Below are positions 13,008 through 26,198 of a stretch of 64,000 nucleotides of DNA, piece by piece. The DNA is taken from positions 1,116,001-1,180,000 of the forward strand of contig BQFW01000004.1 of the NCBI GenBank assembly GCA_020891255.1. Direction: 5' to 3'. The stretch comes from Entomortierella parvispora E1425. Its lineage: Eukaryota > Fungi > Mortierellomycota. The notes under the pieces are model-generated. The model was not told where the DNA came from. It saw only the letters and a program-made list of their open reading frames with translations, and did no database searches. Numbering within the stretch: position 1 is the first letter of the stretch; every line of letters starts with the position of its first letter. Both the position numbers and the translations under genes were made by a program.

Positions 13008-15787
13008 ATGGATTCTTCTCGTGGACAGCCACCACCCTTGCAGCAGCAGCAACACCAACAGCAGCGTGGCCATCAACAGCAGTATCCCCAAGCTCAACAT
13101 GAGGAAATGTCCTACAGCAGTCTTGAGGATCAACATGGCCACTCTCAGCACAGATCCCCATTTCACCCACCGCCGCATGTTTATCCATCCCACTCTGTGT
13201 CTCAGGTTCCTCCCTCGCCTGTGTTTACTGGTGAACGGAGCCAAAGTACTGCTGAGGCTCAAGTATTGTGGCACCGCCAACAGCAGCAGATACCAGAAGA
13301 ACAGATGAGACGACAACAGGCCAGCGCAATATTCCATCAGCCAAATCAACAGCAACAGAGACAAGTGTTCTCAATGTCTCGGTCTTCTGATCATCCACAG
13401 CAGCATCATCAACATACCCAATCTATGCAATCACCTTCTGCGGCACAAAATCCTTCTCGAGAGCTCAACTTTTGGGGGCAGCACTCTCACGCCTCACCTG
13501 GAGGAACTAATGTTCGACGGCCAGAAGTTATTTCAAGGGAACCTGCGTCGCCTCTACCATCTCTAGCACAACCATTCTCCAGCACCTTAAGATCTAATGA
13601 TGAACGTGTCGCAACACGCCCTGCTCTTCCTCAAAGGCAACCTTCTGCACGTCCACAGTCCCAATCAACATCGCCACCAATGGCAGAATTACGCAGCCAG
13701 AATAACCCACTGATGAGCCAGGGACGAACACTACGCTCTCTTGCAGTACCGTCGTCTTTGACCTCCCGTTCTGCAACAAATCGATCTGCGCCGTACCCAC
13801 CGCCCCGACCGCACAGGCTTCCTTCCGTGTCGTCTCCATCTTCTCCCGGACTTGTCAGGGACGAATTACCGCAATATGTGCCTGGAACATCTGACCCAGG
13901 GCATTCTTTTTCGCAAGGACAGAGCAATGGTGCGGAGTCCGTTACACGCTCGAGATCTCATTATCCGTCTACGCGCCGATCTCACCCCGCTCGTAATGGC
14001 CTGCGTCATCAGCTGGTTACAGGCGAGTCTACGCTACCGCCTCGTGCTCCAATCTCTGTGACATGTCCTCAAGAGGAGGGTAATAGAGATGGCAGCTATG
14101 ATGGTCAAGACGAAGACGTGGTTATGGAAGAAGAAGACCCACTCGAAGTGACCTTGAACATAGATCTACCGAAGTCGACTCGAACCTGCGAAGGCGAACC
14201 CGGCACCACAGTACTTAACATTAATCCTTCCTGGCATTGTGTTTTCATCGAGACTATACAACAGGAGCGCATCCGATGTTCGCTGAGAATCCAGTTTTGT
14301 GGAAGTTCACGCCGAATGGAACACCGCGCCCTGGTTTGCCAGCTGCAATCCTTACAAGTGATTGGGTATCAGAGTCGACAAGTGGAGCTGACACGACGTA
14401 TCATCGGCAAGAACTTGCTGAATAAAGGCGGTATTATCGGTAAGTACCTGCCTGTTCAGCGTGTAATCCACTCCGTTTGATCGCCATGCTCTGACAACCT
14501 ACTGACTCGCTAGCCCTATCCCGGATTTTCCGACCTGCAAATGTTTTAGTTCACCTGGACCCTTTGGCCATCAACTATAACGACGCGAGTTATGGATTCA
14601 CCATATCGATCTCGAGCTTCTCTTGTGATCGTCTCGATTGCAGGTACCATCGGCCCGACGAGTTATTGCCACTCACTCGACAGCAAAACTCGGCCTTTTG
14701 CCGACGGAACTTGAAGGAATTGTACAATGACACATCCTCAAAAGATGTCATAGTTACTTTGCTGCCGTCTCAAGAGCTTTTTTATGTCCACAGCGTGGTT
14801 CTGGAGAACTATGGCTACTTCCGCGAACTGCTGGAAGAACAAGGAAAGAATGTGGCGGGACATGCCAGATTGCGTCGACAAGGGTCCAGTCGATCTGGCA
14901 TAGGAGGTTTTATGACCTCACTGGTCGGCATTGGTGATGTGGATGAAGATGGTTTCGCTCAGCCCTTGGACTTGAATAGTTTCCCAGCTACTCGGCTGTT
15001 GCAGCCATCGCAACAGCAGCCATCGCAACAGCAGTCACCTCCAGCAGCAGCAGCAGCAGCAGCGGGCCCATCTGCATCATCCTTGCCTTCATCGTCCTCG
15101 CAGCCTCCACCATCTCCACCGCCACCTCGTCCGACTCGACCTAGGATCAGCCTGGAGATCGAAGGAGCGAGCCCAAATGTCTTTCGAGCCATCCTGCATT
15201 TCCTGTACATGGGTCATATCCCCACAACTGGTGCCTCTTGTTTTCGCTCGTCCGCTCCGACTTCAGCGGTTCTTTTGACAGCGACGGGGGCTAGGGAATG
15301 CTCCAGCCCGTCCTCTACACCTTCAGCTCCTGCGACCATGGAAGCCGACTCCATTCCTACGCCCTCTTCGGCTTTACCAACGGTTAATCCATTCGACTTT
15401 GCATGGACGGACCTATATGACGCTGCAGTACGGTTCCAGCTCGTGGGTCTTACACGACTGGCCAGGCTTGTCCTTGTGTCTCGTTTGGAACCAGACTCGG
15501 CTGTGCAGGAACTTATGACCTGGGCCTATCAGCATGAGAGCCTCATACCATGCTATGTCAGCTTTATCATTGAGAGTGTTCACCCGGATCATTTCAAGGA
15601 GGACAAAATCGCACGATCTAATGCACAGGTGAACAGTTACCCTGAGGCTGACAGAGCTGGCAACAGCGGCGGTGTCAGCTCATCTTTGCTCTGGGACTAC
15701 AGGGAGAAATGCCCCAAATTCGGTGAGATCTTGCTCATGATCGTTCAGATGCTGGACGAACGTCGACCGGTGCTGACAACCCTGTAA
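13008..15787 (+). CDS. BTB/POZ-domain protein with long Q/P/S-rich N-terminus
   Basis: ORFs 13008-14480 and 14564-15787 are joined by an intron at 14440-14549. BTB motifs: SKDVIVTL...FYVHSVVL...YFRELL, FRAILHFLYMG, LYDAAVRFQLVGL. Confidence 0.8.
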
Positions 15788-15883
15788 GAGCAGCGGCAGC
15801 GGTACCAATCGACCAGAATCACTTTTTGAATTCCACCCTTTACGACAATGCAATAAAGATGTTCAAATTGTTTACAAAATTTA

Positions 15884-18800
15884 TTACAGCATGAATCCGC
15901 CTCCTTCTTCGTCCTTAGTATCATTTCCTCCAGCACTGATCTGTGTCATCCCTTCATTAAGCCTGCTTTTGTCGTCGTCATCGTCATCGTCATCTTCAGG
16001 CAGCCAGCTATCCCTGTCGTCATCCTCACCTTCCATGCCATCGCCATATTCTTCCAACAACCTTGCCCGCACCATGGCTCCTTTAATAAGCTTCCGCCAC
16101 CGTCTCAAAATCTCGGCATTCTTTCTCTTGTTTGCTTCTTGGTCTGCGTGGTGCGAGACTTCATGATACGCATCCATGACAATTTCGGCGCACTCGGTAG
16201 GAACAATGATGCCTTGGATGATGGGCACGGACCTGCGGGACTGGAACTCAAACCCTGTCTGAAATACACAAAAAAAAAAAAAAAAAAATAAAAAAAATCA
16301 TCAGCTACACCTTCTGAAGTAACCAGCCCAATTCTCAACAACATACCACGGCCTCCACGTAATCCACGCCGAGTTGTCGGGCAATACGGGCTACATTACG
16401 ACCTATATCACAGTGTTATCCACGAGGATAACTACGATTTAGTGTTGCCTTCAATTCCTAAACCAATAATAATAAACTAGTACACAACTTACCTTTAAGA
16501 TGAGTACCACCAATGGGCACCATGGCTGGCGTGAAAACATCCTGTCTCCCAAACTGATTCCGAGGAACCTTGCCATCCACGACCCAAGGAGGTTGATATG
16601 CCTCTGTTTGCCATTCTCCAAACAGAGGGATTTGGTCCGCGTCATTACCATCCTCAGATCCGACTTCACTCAGGCTGTCTTGCATATCATCATCATTATC
16701 AAGATTCTGACTGATGTTTTTCTTGTCACCCCCAACCTTGCCTGATAATGCCGCCTGCTGCTGAAGGCGCATCCGATAAATGGTTGCAGGGCGGGACTTG
16801 ACCCATCTGACTGGAATGAGATCGTCACCTTTTAGCTGTCGAGCACGCTTGAGCCAGTTTTCTTTTGACCGGACTTGTTTGACACAACTTCGGGGAAATA
16901 TGGCTTCTCCTCGAATATGCCCCAGAACAGGAATCTTGGGGTGCAAAACCTCAAACTTTTTGAGATGTCTCTCTAAGGCGTAGCTAAAAGGAAAATGAAG
17001 GCAAAAATCAGCAAGATGCATAAGATACAATGTTTTACAAGGTAAGTCGAACAATCTCTGACAATGGCTCAAACAAGTAAAAGCAACCTACAGGGGATGA
17101 TTATTGAAGTCTCCCAATTTGGTCGGCATCCTTTCAGAAATCTCGGCCTGCAATAGTTGTGCTTCTTCAATGTCCTCTTCTCTAGTGGGGTGCGGGTTTG
17201 ACAATCCTTGTACTGTTTGTGCCCACCAATCAAACCGTTCTGGCCCAGATGGTTGGACTCGCAGCTTTTTGGTGGCACTTCCCCACTGACTGGTATACCG
17301 TCTAGTAACATCAGTAACATATCCATCTAATACCAACAGACAGTTAGCAACATATTTACTTCGGTTCTAATTGGTCACAAATTATCAGAAATCCGACACT
17401 CCATGATACCTTCATCATACGCCACGACGTAAGCCAGATTATTGGTTGTACAGGATGTCGAAGGATGCATTTTCAGTGGAGTGTTTACAAATCCTCGAAC
17501 TGGGTCAATGGTGATCCATTTTTTGCTCAGAGTCGAATACACCTCTGTCCAGAACACCGGTGGATCTATCGACTCATGAAGTCCAGTTAGCCGAATGCCC
17601 CAAAGGTCCGCCTAAAGTGCAAGCGAAAGTAAGCTTACCCGACTGCTTGTGGTTCGGTGGGAACTTAACAGGCTTCTTTCCTATCCGGTGGGGGGTTGGG
17701 ATAACCACACGAGAACCTCTAGTGGTATCACTCTCGTCCAACTCCACTTCCTTCTTCCTTCCTTTACCCTTTTTGACAGAGCTCACGCCTTCTTCTGCAG
17801 CTGCCTCAGTTAGGGCACTCGATTCCTCCTTTGGTAAAGTCACTTTGAAAGGACAAGCTTGCAGCGACTCAATGATTCTGGCTTTCAGTCCAAGAGATCG
17901 GCAAATGGCGGTGAACAATTGTGCACAAACATCGCTAGATCCACTCCTGTTCAGAAGCCGACGCTGGAGGTTTTTTCGCTTCTTTATACTTTCTACGGGG
18001 CTGTCAGGGAAAGCCCCCTTGAGGACGTAAACAAAAGGTTTGTTAAAATGGGATTGTTAAGATGGTGAGGACGTGTCGTTTGCAACGCATGGATATATGT
18101 TACCTCGAAGCCTGCAGCCTCTACGTCGACATACTCCTGTAGTTGAATGCAAGGTCCAGTAACCACGAAAGAATCCATCCACCAGCGAGCCAACACCTGA
18201 AGGGCATTCACTTCCCGAGTCGGATCTGTGGGCGTCATTTGAAGAGGTTCTGCTATATGGGGTGGAACCAAAGAGAGAGCAACGGATGACAGATTTGGAT
18301 GGTTGATCCAGTGATTCCTGCGTAAACCGTTCGCGATTAGGCATAGAAGGTGCGTTTGATGAACTAGCACACGGATGATCCTATCTTCTTTCGTAATACC
18401 ACGGCTAGGAACCCTATGACAGAGAAAGAGCTATGGATCAGACATTACCCTTGTTCATAGAACCAAAGTGGCCAATGTTAGCATGGGCTAGTGCTGTACT
18501 TTTTGCTCGGTTCAGGAGGTCTGTCAAATACAATTTCCACCGCGCTATATTGCCAGGGTCCCGACAGTTCCTCGTTCCCGTAACAGTAGTCTTCCTGTTC
18601 GTCCTGTTGATCTGCCTCCACAGCTAACAAATGTGCATCGAGCTGTTAGCATGCATTTATAGTGCGCTGAGTTGAGGAAGAGCTGGAATAAAGCCATATT
18701 TTTACCAGGGACAGGGACCTCCTCCCAGTCAATCTCATCGTCTTCAGAGCCTTCCTCTGCGTCGCAGCTGGTAGACGCTGCCTCATCGACAGTCATGTTT

Positions 18801-19207
18801 ATTGAGCCTTCTTCCTCGAAGACGTCGAGTTCGTCGTCTCTGATAGGTCTCTTCACCTTTTGCTTGCCAGGAATACGGTCGCCATCGGCGGGTCTCTTTG
18901 GCACACGCGCACCCTCCTGTGCCAAAGAGTCCGTGACCGACGCTCTCATCTCCATGCGCGAGACTGGGTGGGGATCAGTTGACATGACGGTATCTGACTT
19001 GGTGGCGCTTTGTGTCAAATCCGATGGCCCTTCAGCCACAAACCTGGCTGACGCTGGTCGCCTGAGGCTCGCGCGCCCACGGTTGGTCGAGGTTGAAGAC
19101 GATGTTGAGGGTGCCGTGGTTGTGGTTGTGGTTGTGGCTGCGTGAGGGTGAGGGCGAGGGATGGCAGCCTCGGCGGCGCGATTAGCAGCTGTCCTCTTGG
19201 GCGGCAT
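15884..19207 (-). CDS. RAD4: DNA damage recognition protein Rad4/XPC, multi-exon
   Basis: HQTHLLCLIANG; AQLFTAICRSLGLKAR (transglutaminase-like); FWTEVYS...WITIDP; DVTRRY; ERMPTKLGDFNNHPLYALERHLKKFE; BHD3 PRNQFGRQDVFTPAMVPIGGTHL; RWRKLIKG. ATG at 19207. Confidence 0.93.
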
Positions 19208-19347
19208 GAGGAGGGGAGGAGAGGAGGGGAGGAGAGGAAAAGAGGGAAAGGAAGCTGAAAACAAGAAGAAAAAAAAATCCTTCTCTCATTCCATTTATTC
19301 TCTCCTGTCCTCTCTTGTCTGGCCCCCATCCATCGCTTCCGGTCACC

Positions 19348-20922
19348 ATGGATCTCCTCGAAATCGAACTCAATGTCGGCTTCTTCTTGCAGCCTCAGGA
19401 CCTTGCTTGCTGCGTTCGCGTCTGCAAGGGCTGGTACCAAGCATTCACGCCTTCGCTCTATTGTGCAATCACGACCACCGAGGACCCTTCCATGATGATC
19501 ATGCCTACGGTCTCTGTCCTGAGAAAACATGCCCGCCACATTCGACAACTTCGTGTCCATCTCTCAGGCCCGTACCTCACCATGCTCCGTTCCCATTGTA
19601 CCAACCTGAAGCGTCTTGATGTTGTGATCAGGCACATGGACAAGACCTCGCCAGATGGAGTTCTGGCTCTGATTCGAGCAAACCCTCGAATTGCTTCAAT
19701 GAAGGTCGCAGGCAACCTCACTCTAATGCCCACATTGATGATGCGAGGGCTATCCAAGATATCGCATAATATTACAGGATTGCGCCTTTCAGAGCTTGGT
19801 CTCACAAGCGAGTCGCTGGAACGTTTGCTCGACACTGCTGAACAGCTCCAGGTGCTAGAGCTTGACATCACCTTCCACGAGCTTCAAAATCCGGACTGGG
19901 AGCGCTGGCCCAGCTTCCCACACCTGAAGCACCTTGTCCTGTCGGTGACTGGTTCTGAGCTGAACTTGGCCAACCAGCTGATGTGGATCCAACGATGCCC
20001 GAATCTGGAGGCGCTTCGTTGGAATATCGGCTCGACCGTGATGGGCTCGCGCAGTTCAGTCTCCTCGGCCAAGGAACGCCGTCTCCCAACTAAGGCCATT
20101 TGCGATGTTTTCAAGCAGAAAAAGCTGCCAAAACTGCACTCCCTTGATTTGCAGATCATGAACATTAGCCACACGGACGCAGATGTCGAGGCGATCCTGA
20201 ACGCCTGCCCGCCTTTGAAGAAGTTCCGAGCTGCAACTTGCTCGATTCACTACAGCGGTTTCCGTGCACTGGAGAGACATTTCGGCACACTTGAGGATCT
20301 TGATGTTGCAGGCTGTGATGAATTCTCAAGCCCTATGGTTCAGAAAGTCCTGTCGTCCTGTCCGAGGTTGAAGCGACTTCGGGCAAACGTGCTTGCCGCA
20401 TGTGATGTCGTCTCTGGCTTTGGAGCGGATGAAGTGCGAGCATTCGTGGCAGCGAAAGATCGCAAGATTGCTGAAAAAACGCCTGGTGGGATTCCTAATG
20501 GGAAGCCGCTTCCTCCTCCAGCTGCAGCTGCAGCTCCCCCAAAACCTTGGGTCTGTAAAGGACTCGAAACCCTTATTGTCTGCATTACAGGCGCCGATGC
20601 ACCGATGTGGAATGAACAGGTACTTGCTCAAATCGGCAAGATGAGTCAATTGCGGGAGCTCGAAGTAGGCGTTCATCCTGGCTGTTGGGAGCAAGTTCTT
20701 TCTCAAAAGGACAATCGCGGCCTGGATTTGCGACTTAAGCGAGGACTCCGTTATTTAAACAGCCTACCATTCCTGGAAAAGCTTACCTATTACAAGATCC
20801 CACAGAGAATGACATCGATGGATGTGAGATTCATGGCTAGAACCTGGCCTCACCTCTGTGAAATTACCTGGACGTTACACACGGATGAGGCTAAAGCGGC
20901 GGAATTGAGACCATCCTTCTGA
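19348..20922 (+). CDS. F-box / RNI-like leucine-rich-repeat protein; probable 1-bp frameshift near the end, with the true C-terminus possibly extending to 21266
   Basis: F-box-like MDLLEIELNVGFFLQPQDLACCVRVCKGW, followed by degenerate LRRs and the WVCKGLETL and GLDLRLKRGL..L motifs seen in this fungal family. Intronless. Confidence 0.8.
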   Translation: MDLLEIELNVGFFLQPQDLACCVRVCKGWYQAFTPSLYCAITTTEDPSMMIMPTVSVLRKHARHIRQLRVHLSGPYLTMLRSHCTNLKRLDVVIRHMDKTSPDGVLALIRANPRIASMKVAGNLTLMPTLMMRGLSKISHNITGLRLSELGLTSESLERLLDTAEQLQVLELDITFHELQNPDWERWPSFPHLKHLVLSVTGSELNLANQLMWIQRCPNLEALRWNIGSTVMGSRSSVSSAKERRLPTKAICDVFKQKKLPKLHSLDLQIMNISHTDADVEAILNACPPLKKFRAATCSIHYSGFRALERHFGTLEDLDVAGCDEFSSPMVQKVLSSCPRLKRLRANVLAACDVVSGFGADEVRAFVAAKDRKIAEKTPGGIPNGKPLPPPAAAAAPPKPWVCKGLETLIVCITGADAPMWNEQVLAQIGKMSQLRELEVGVHPGCWEQVLSQKDNRGLDLRLKRGLRYLNSLPFLEKLTYYKIPQRMTSMDVRFMARTWPHLCEITWTLHTDEAKAAELRPSF

Positions 20923-21753
20923 GAGCTTTCCCCCGCATCAACACCGACGAGCTCTATGAACAAGATGATGAGTCTGATGATGGATGCGGATGCCACCGTG
21001 GCGTCTCCTCTTTGGAGGCTGATGAAGACCAGTGGGAGGACATATCTGAAGAGGAGGACTCATCAGAAGAAGAGGATGAATTTCAGAAAGCAAAGATCGG
21101 TCCTGCAACTCGTGAAGAACGATTGGTGGAGAGGGTAATTGCGTACAGCATGCCTTCAGCTGTTGACTATCGGACATATCAGCCCAGCCCCAATCGGCAT
21201 GAGAACCATGAACACAGGCTCGTTGACCAAAACAACAAGTGCAGCGCGTCAGTTTGGCCCTTGTAACCAAATATTTGCGCCATCAAAATGAAAATAAAAA
21301 TCTTGTCCCAAGCAAAAAAAGGGTCCTTCTTCTCGCCTGCTTCTGTTAAAGGAATGTGGAATATCAGTCAAAAACGAAGCCAAGGCCCTCGGCTGACATG
21401 CTCCTGGGATCCACATAAGAAGGATAATGATACTGCGTCCCCTTATCACTAGATCGATGTAGATCGGGCTGCATGGTGGCAAATGGCGTTTGACTCCAGA
21501 GCCTCATTCACGCAGTGAAAGCCATGAAATAGAGAGAACACTGAAAAAAGACGACTAGACGAGACACCAGTGAAGACACCTTCAGACGGAAGCGACTTTT
21601 CTCTCTCTTTCGTCTTTGCATTCGCATGCTCTTTCCATTTCTTCCATTCTCTTTGCATCCCTCATTCTCCCAAACAATTCGACTCATCCTAACAGGAAAA
21701 AAGCCTAGAAAAGAGCTGACCACAAACGTCGCGTTGACCACACATCTCCTGGA

Positions 21754-24700
21754 ATGGCCGACCCCAGCCCCCCAAATCATGGCTCTGGTGACATCAAGGA
21801 CGCCTATAGCGCGGCAGAGGCTCTCCCAACTAGAAGAGACAGCATGAAAAAGCGTCTCTCATTTGCTCATGAGGATATGCAGAACGTCCAAGACGGGACG
21901 ATGCCCTCAACACTGGCAGGAGTTGTGCCCTTGACTGCAGAAGGATACTCGATATACTCTAATATCCAGGACGGAAAAGTAAACGCCGTGTCCTTGCTCT
22001 CTTACGAAACTGAACAGCAGCCATATCAAACGACAATGTTTGACATCAGCTTTTATTTCTCGTATCTTTAGGCCAGTATTGAGCATCAGATCGACATTAA
22101 CGGTACGCAGCTCACAAGACCTTAACATGTGCATGGAAAATGAGTCCCTCGATTTAACACCCATTCGTTCCTCCAATAGTGGTTGATCTGTTTGATGTGC
22201 AGAGCAATAAGGAGATTTCGCTCGAGGAAGTCATGGATGGACTTCGCTATGTTATGGAGTATCGCATCAAGGGAGGTCGCTTCCCTAGCTTGGATTACGA
22301 CATCATGAAGCGTCTCGCCGATGGTCTTCTTATGAACATGGGACACGCCGAAAAAAAGGGTCGCTTCGATCAAAGTCATGCCCTCTCAGAAGACGCTGAT
22401 GTCGCCTTCCAACTCTTTGGAGAGTTTCTATTAGAAGGTATGAAACTCATAACTTGACGCATACAACTACCGTAAAGATGTTGGGATATAAGGCGCTGAC
22501 ACATGCTCCTGTTGTTAACAGTTCAAGAATTCCGCCAGGCTGTGGGAGAAAAACCAGTTTCTGATCTGCGTCATTCCCTCAAACTCGATGTTCGGTGCGG
22601 TGCAGGATCGACAGTACAGGAACAGCAGTCATCGGTAGCACTGATCGCTTTGTTGACGACCATTTATCCGCAATTCTCGGACTGGAAAGAGTTGGTCAAA
22701 AGTGATGGACAAGGAGATGTTCAGCGGTGCATGCAGGAGCATGCAGACTTTGTTAAAGCTGAAAAAATGCCTGAGATGGGAGGAGTCATCCTTGCGCCAC
22801 AAGGTAACATTGAACGACTGCCGGCACTGTAGGCTGCACTCTAAGCTGGATTCCATACTTTCAAGTCTAAACTACTCTGCTGTTGTTATAGCCTTATGTT
22901 TTGATCGTCGGATCAAGCGCTGCTTGAAAATGTACCGCACATCGCTGGAGACAGGGCTTCCGTCAGAGGCAATTCCGGCACTGCAGGAGCATTATGGGAA
23001 GAACGTTCTACCTCAACCACCGAAAACCTCAGCACTCAAGATGATTTGGGCGCAGTTGACGGATTTCATGATCTTACTGTTGCTGGCTGTGGCCGTTCTT
23101 ATGGCTGCCACCAAAGACTTCATCCCCATGGCAGTACTGCTGATCGTTGTTGTCCTCAACACCATTATTGGATTCACGCAGGAGTACAAGGCTGGGAAAG
23201 CTCTGGACGCTTTGACAAAGCTGTCTGTGCCCAAAGCTCAGGTCCTTCGAGATGGAGCTACATCTATGATCGACTCTGATGAACTTGTTCCTGGCGACAT
23301 TGTAATTCTGGAAGAGGGAGAGTCCGTCCCTGCAGATCTGCGACTGGCCGAGGTATCCCAATTGGAGATTATCGAGTCTATTCTGACGGGAGAGTCCGTG
23401 GCTGTTAACAAGGATCCCAAGGAAATCAGAACGTTAACACGAAAGCTCCCTCTGGGCGACTGTAAAGGAAACGCATTCATGGCAACAGTTGTGGCTAAAG
23501 GTCGCGGCAAGGGTATTGTTGTTCGCACAGGACGATTGACAGAGATGGGAAAGATTAGTGCCGCCATCACTGGACATACCAAGGTGATGACGCCTGTCCA
23601 GCGTAAGCTCGTCATGCTCGGAAAGCTGCTCGTCGTTTTCGCCATTGTCCTTTGTGCTGCTATGGCTGGTATCAAGATTGGATATCATCATCCTGTAGGA
23701 GAATCTCTGAAAGTTGCGCTCAGGTAGGCATTTTGATTTGAGTCTAGGAATTCGAGACTTATCAGGGCTAAAATGCTAAACACCGTTATTTCATCTCTAC
23801 ATTTAGTTTGGCGGTGTCTGTTATTCCTGAGGGGTTAGTCGCTGTTGTGACAGTAACGATGGCACTCGGAGTTCGACGAATGGCATTAAGGAAGGCGATT
23901 GTGCGCACACTTCCTGCAGTAGAAACGCTTGGAAGTGTCACGTTTATTTGCTCAGACAAAACTGGAACTTTGACGGAGGGAAAAATGGGCGCTGCTGAGC
24001 TCTGGACCAGCAATGGACTCAAGTATGGATTTACTGAGAGCACGAGTCTCGACCCGAACAAAGGAGATGTAACCTTGGCCTCCGCCACTGGAGAGGCGCC
24101 AGAAGTCCTTGGAAAGACCTTGGACCAAATGCCAGCACAGATGCTGATTTCTCTTATGGTTTCATCACTTTGCAACAATTCCTCGGTTGTCATGAGGGAG
24201 GCAGACCCCACAGCGGCCACAACAATTCCTGTTGATGTTGAAGATGCAGATCTCGAAACTGAAAAGGAGGTTGTCGTTCCTGGAGCACCTGAGTGGAAGG
24301 GAATCGGAGACCCTACTGAGGTTGCACTTGTCGTCGCCGCTCAAAAAGCAGGGTTTCCAAAGTCGTTCTTCCAGGATCTGGGATATAACCGCATTTACGA
24401 GCAAGCCTTTGACAGTGAACGCAAAGTGATGAGCGTTGTGTATAGTGCCCCACTGGAAGGTCAGCCTAGCGATCATTTCGAGTTTGTTTTGGCCAAAGGA
24501 GCGCCAGAGGAGATTCTGAATCGATGTATCGGATATCTCCCTACTGTTGAGCCTGCTGCCGTTGCATCTCCATTGGACATTTTGAAACCCGGCCAACCAG
24601 AGCTCACACAACCTGTAACTGAGGGGTTCTATGACCATGTGTCAGAGGCTTCAGGAAGAATGGCCGATGAGGGTCTTCGCGTGTTGGGCCTGGCCTACAA

Positions 24701-26198
24701 AAGGGTTCTCGTTAATGGAGGAGGGGTCTCAGACCAAGGAATTGGAGATGGTCTGGACGACGTCAACAAAATGAAATCTGAAAAGGAGGCCGTGCCACCG
24801 AGTCATCTTCAGACCAACGTGGACATCTTGACGGCATCGAATGTAGCTCAGGCGGACGATGACGAAGAAGAAGAAGAAATTCCTCCTGGCTATGCGGAAA
24901 GCGACTTCGTGTTCTTAGGCCTTATTGGGTTGATCGATCCCGCTCGTGCAGGAGTGCAAGAAAGTGTTCGTATTTGCAAGGAGGCTGGTATCACTGTGGT
25001 AATGATTACAGGGGACCATATCAAAACTGCTAGTGCGATTGCCAAGGAACTTGGAATATTGGAGGAGGGAGGGCGTGCCATCAAGGGTGAAGAGCTTGAT
25101 TTGCTTTCAGAACAAGCCATTGCGGAACTCGAGCCGTTCCCAAACGTCTTTGCTCGTGTCTCTCCGGATAACAAGCTGAAGTTAGTAACTGCACTTCAAA
25201 GTCGAGGCGAATCTGTGGCCATGACCGGTGATGGTGTAAACGGTTCGTTGTCCAATGGTTTGCTGTTTATCAGTCGAACAAAGGCGCAGGCGACGGTATC
25301 CTAACCATCTATACGTTCTCATCCGCACACCTATTTTAGATGCGCCTGCGATCAAAGCTGCGAATGTGGGAGTTGCAATGGGTATTGCAGGGACGGACAT
25401 CACCAAGCAAGCCGCTGATATTGTGCTGGCCAACGATAACTTTAACACTATTGTCGAGGCTGTAGAAGAGGGACGGAGGGTGTTTGACAACATTCTGAAG
25501 TTTATTGTCTACCTGCTAAGTTGCAACTGTGCCGAGATCTTTCTATTTTTATTGTGCTCTATTGTCAACGTTGATCTACCGTTTACGGTGACCATGATTC
25601 TGTGGGCCAATATCATTGGTAAGACATCCTCAGTCGCTGGTTTCGTCGCGTATTCGTAAAATATGTATTAATGATTTTTTATCTTCGTCAAATCACAGCC
25701 GACGTCCCGCCCGCAATGGCCCTAGGAGTTGAACCCGCGGAGCCAGGACTGATGAACCGTCCGCCCCGATCACCCAAGCGTGGTATCCTCACCATAACCT
25801 CGTTGGCTGTGATCTTGTTCCAGTCTTTTTCTATGATGCTCTTGACCTTTGGTGTCTATATGTGGGCGGATCGGTCTCCGGAGCATCTGGACTACGCCCA
25901 TGCGGAAGCGTTTACATTTTTAACCACATTGCAGTTGCTTCAGGGATTCCTTTCAAGGACCATGCGAACCTCCGTCTTCAGAGTCAAGTTTTTTGGCAAC
26001 CGATGGATGATTTACGGCGTTATGATCAGTTTTATTCTCATGATCATCGGTATTTACACACCTGGGTTCAACGGCGTACTGAACTTGGTCCCGGTCAATG
26101 GTATCACCTGGGCAAAGGTCGTCGTGGGGTGCATCATTATGGTTATCTTGAGTGAGCTGGAAAAATTGGTCCTCCGCCGAACAGGCTGGACAATCTAA
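21754..26198 (+). CDS. Type II P-type cation ATPase (Ca2+-ATPase-like) with ~250-aa N-terminal extension, multi-exon
   Basis: ESILTGES (A domain), VSVIPEGL (M4), CSDKTGTLT (phosphorylation site), FDSERKVMS, KGAPE, MITGDH, MTGDGVNDAPAIKAA, LLSCNCAEI (M5), WANIIADVPPAMALG (M6). All introns examined are GT-AG and in frame. Confidence 0.93.
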
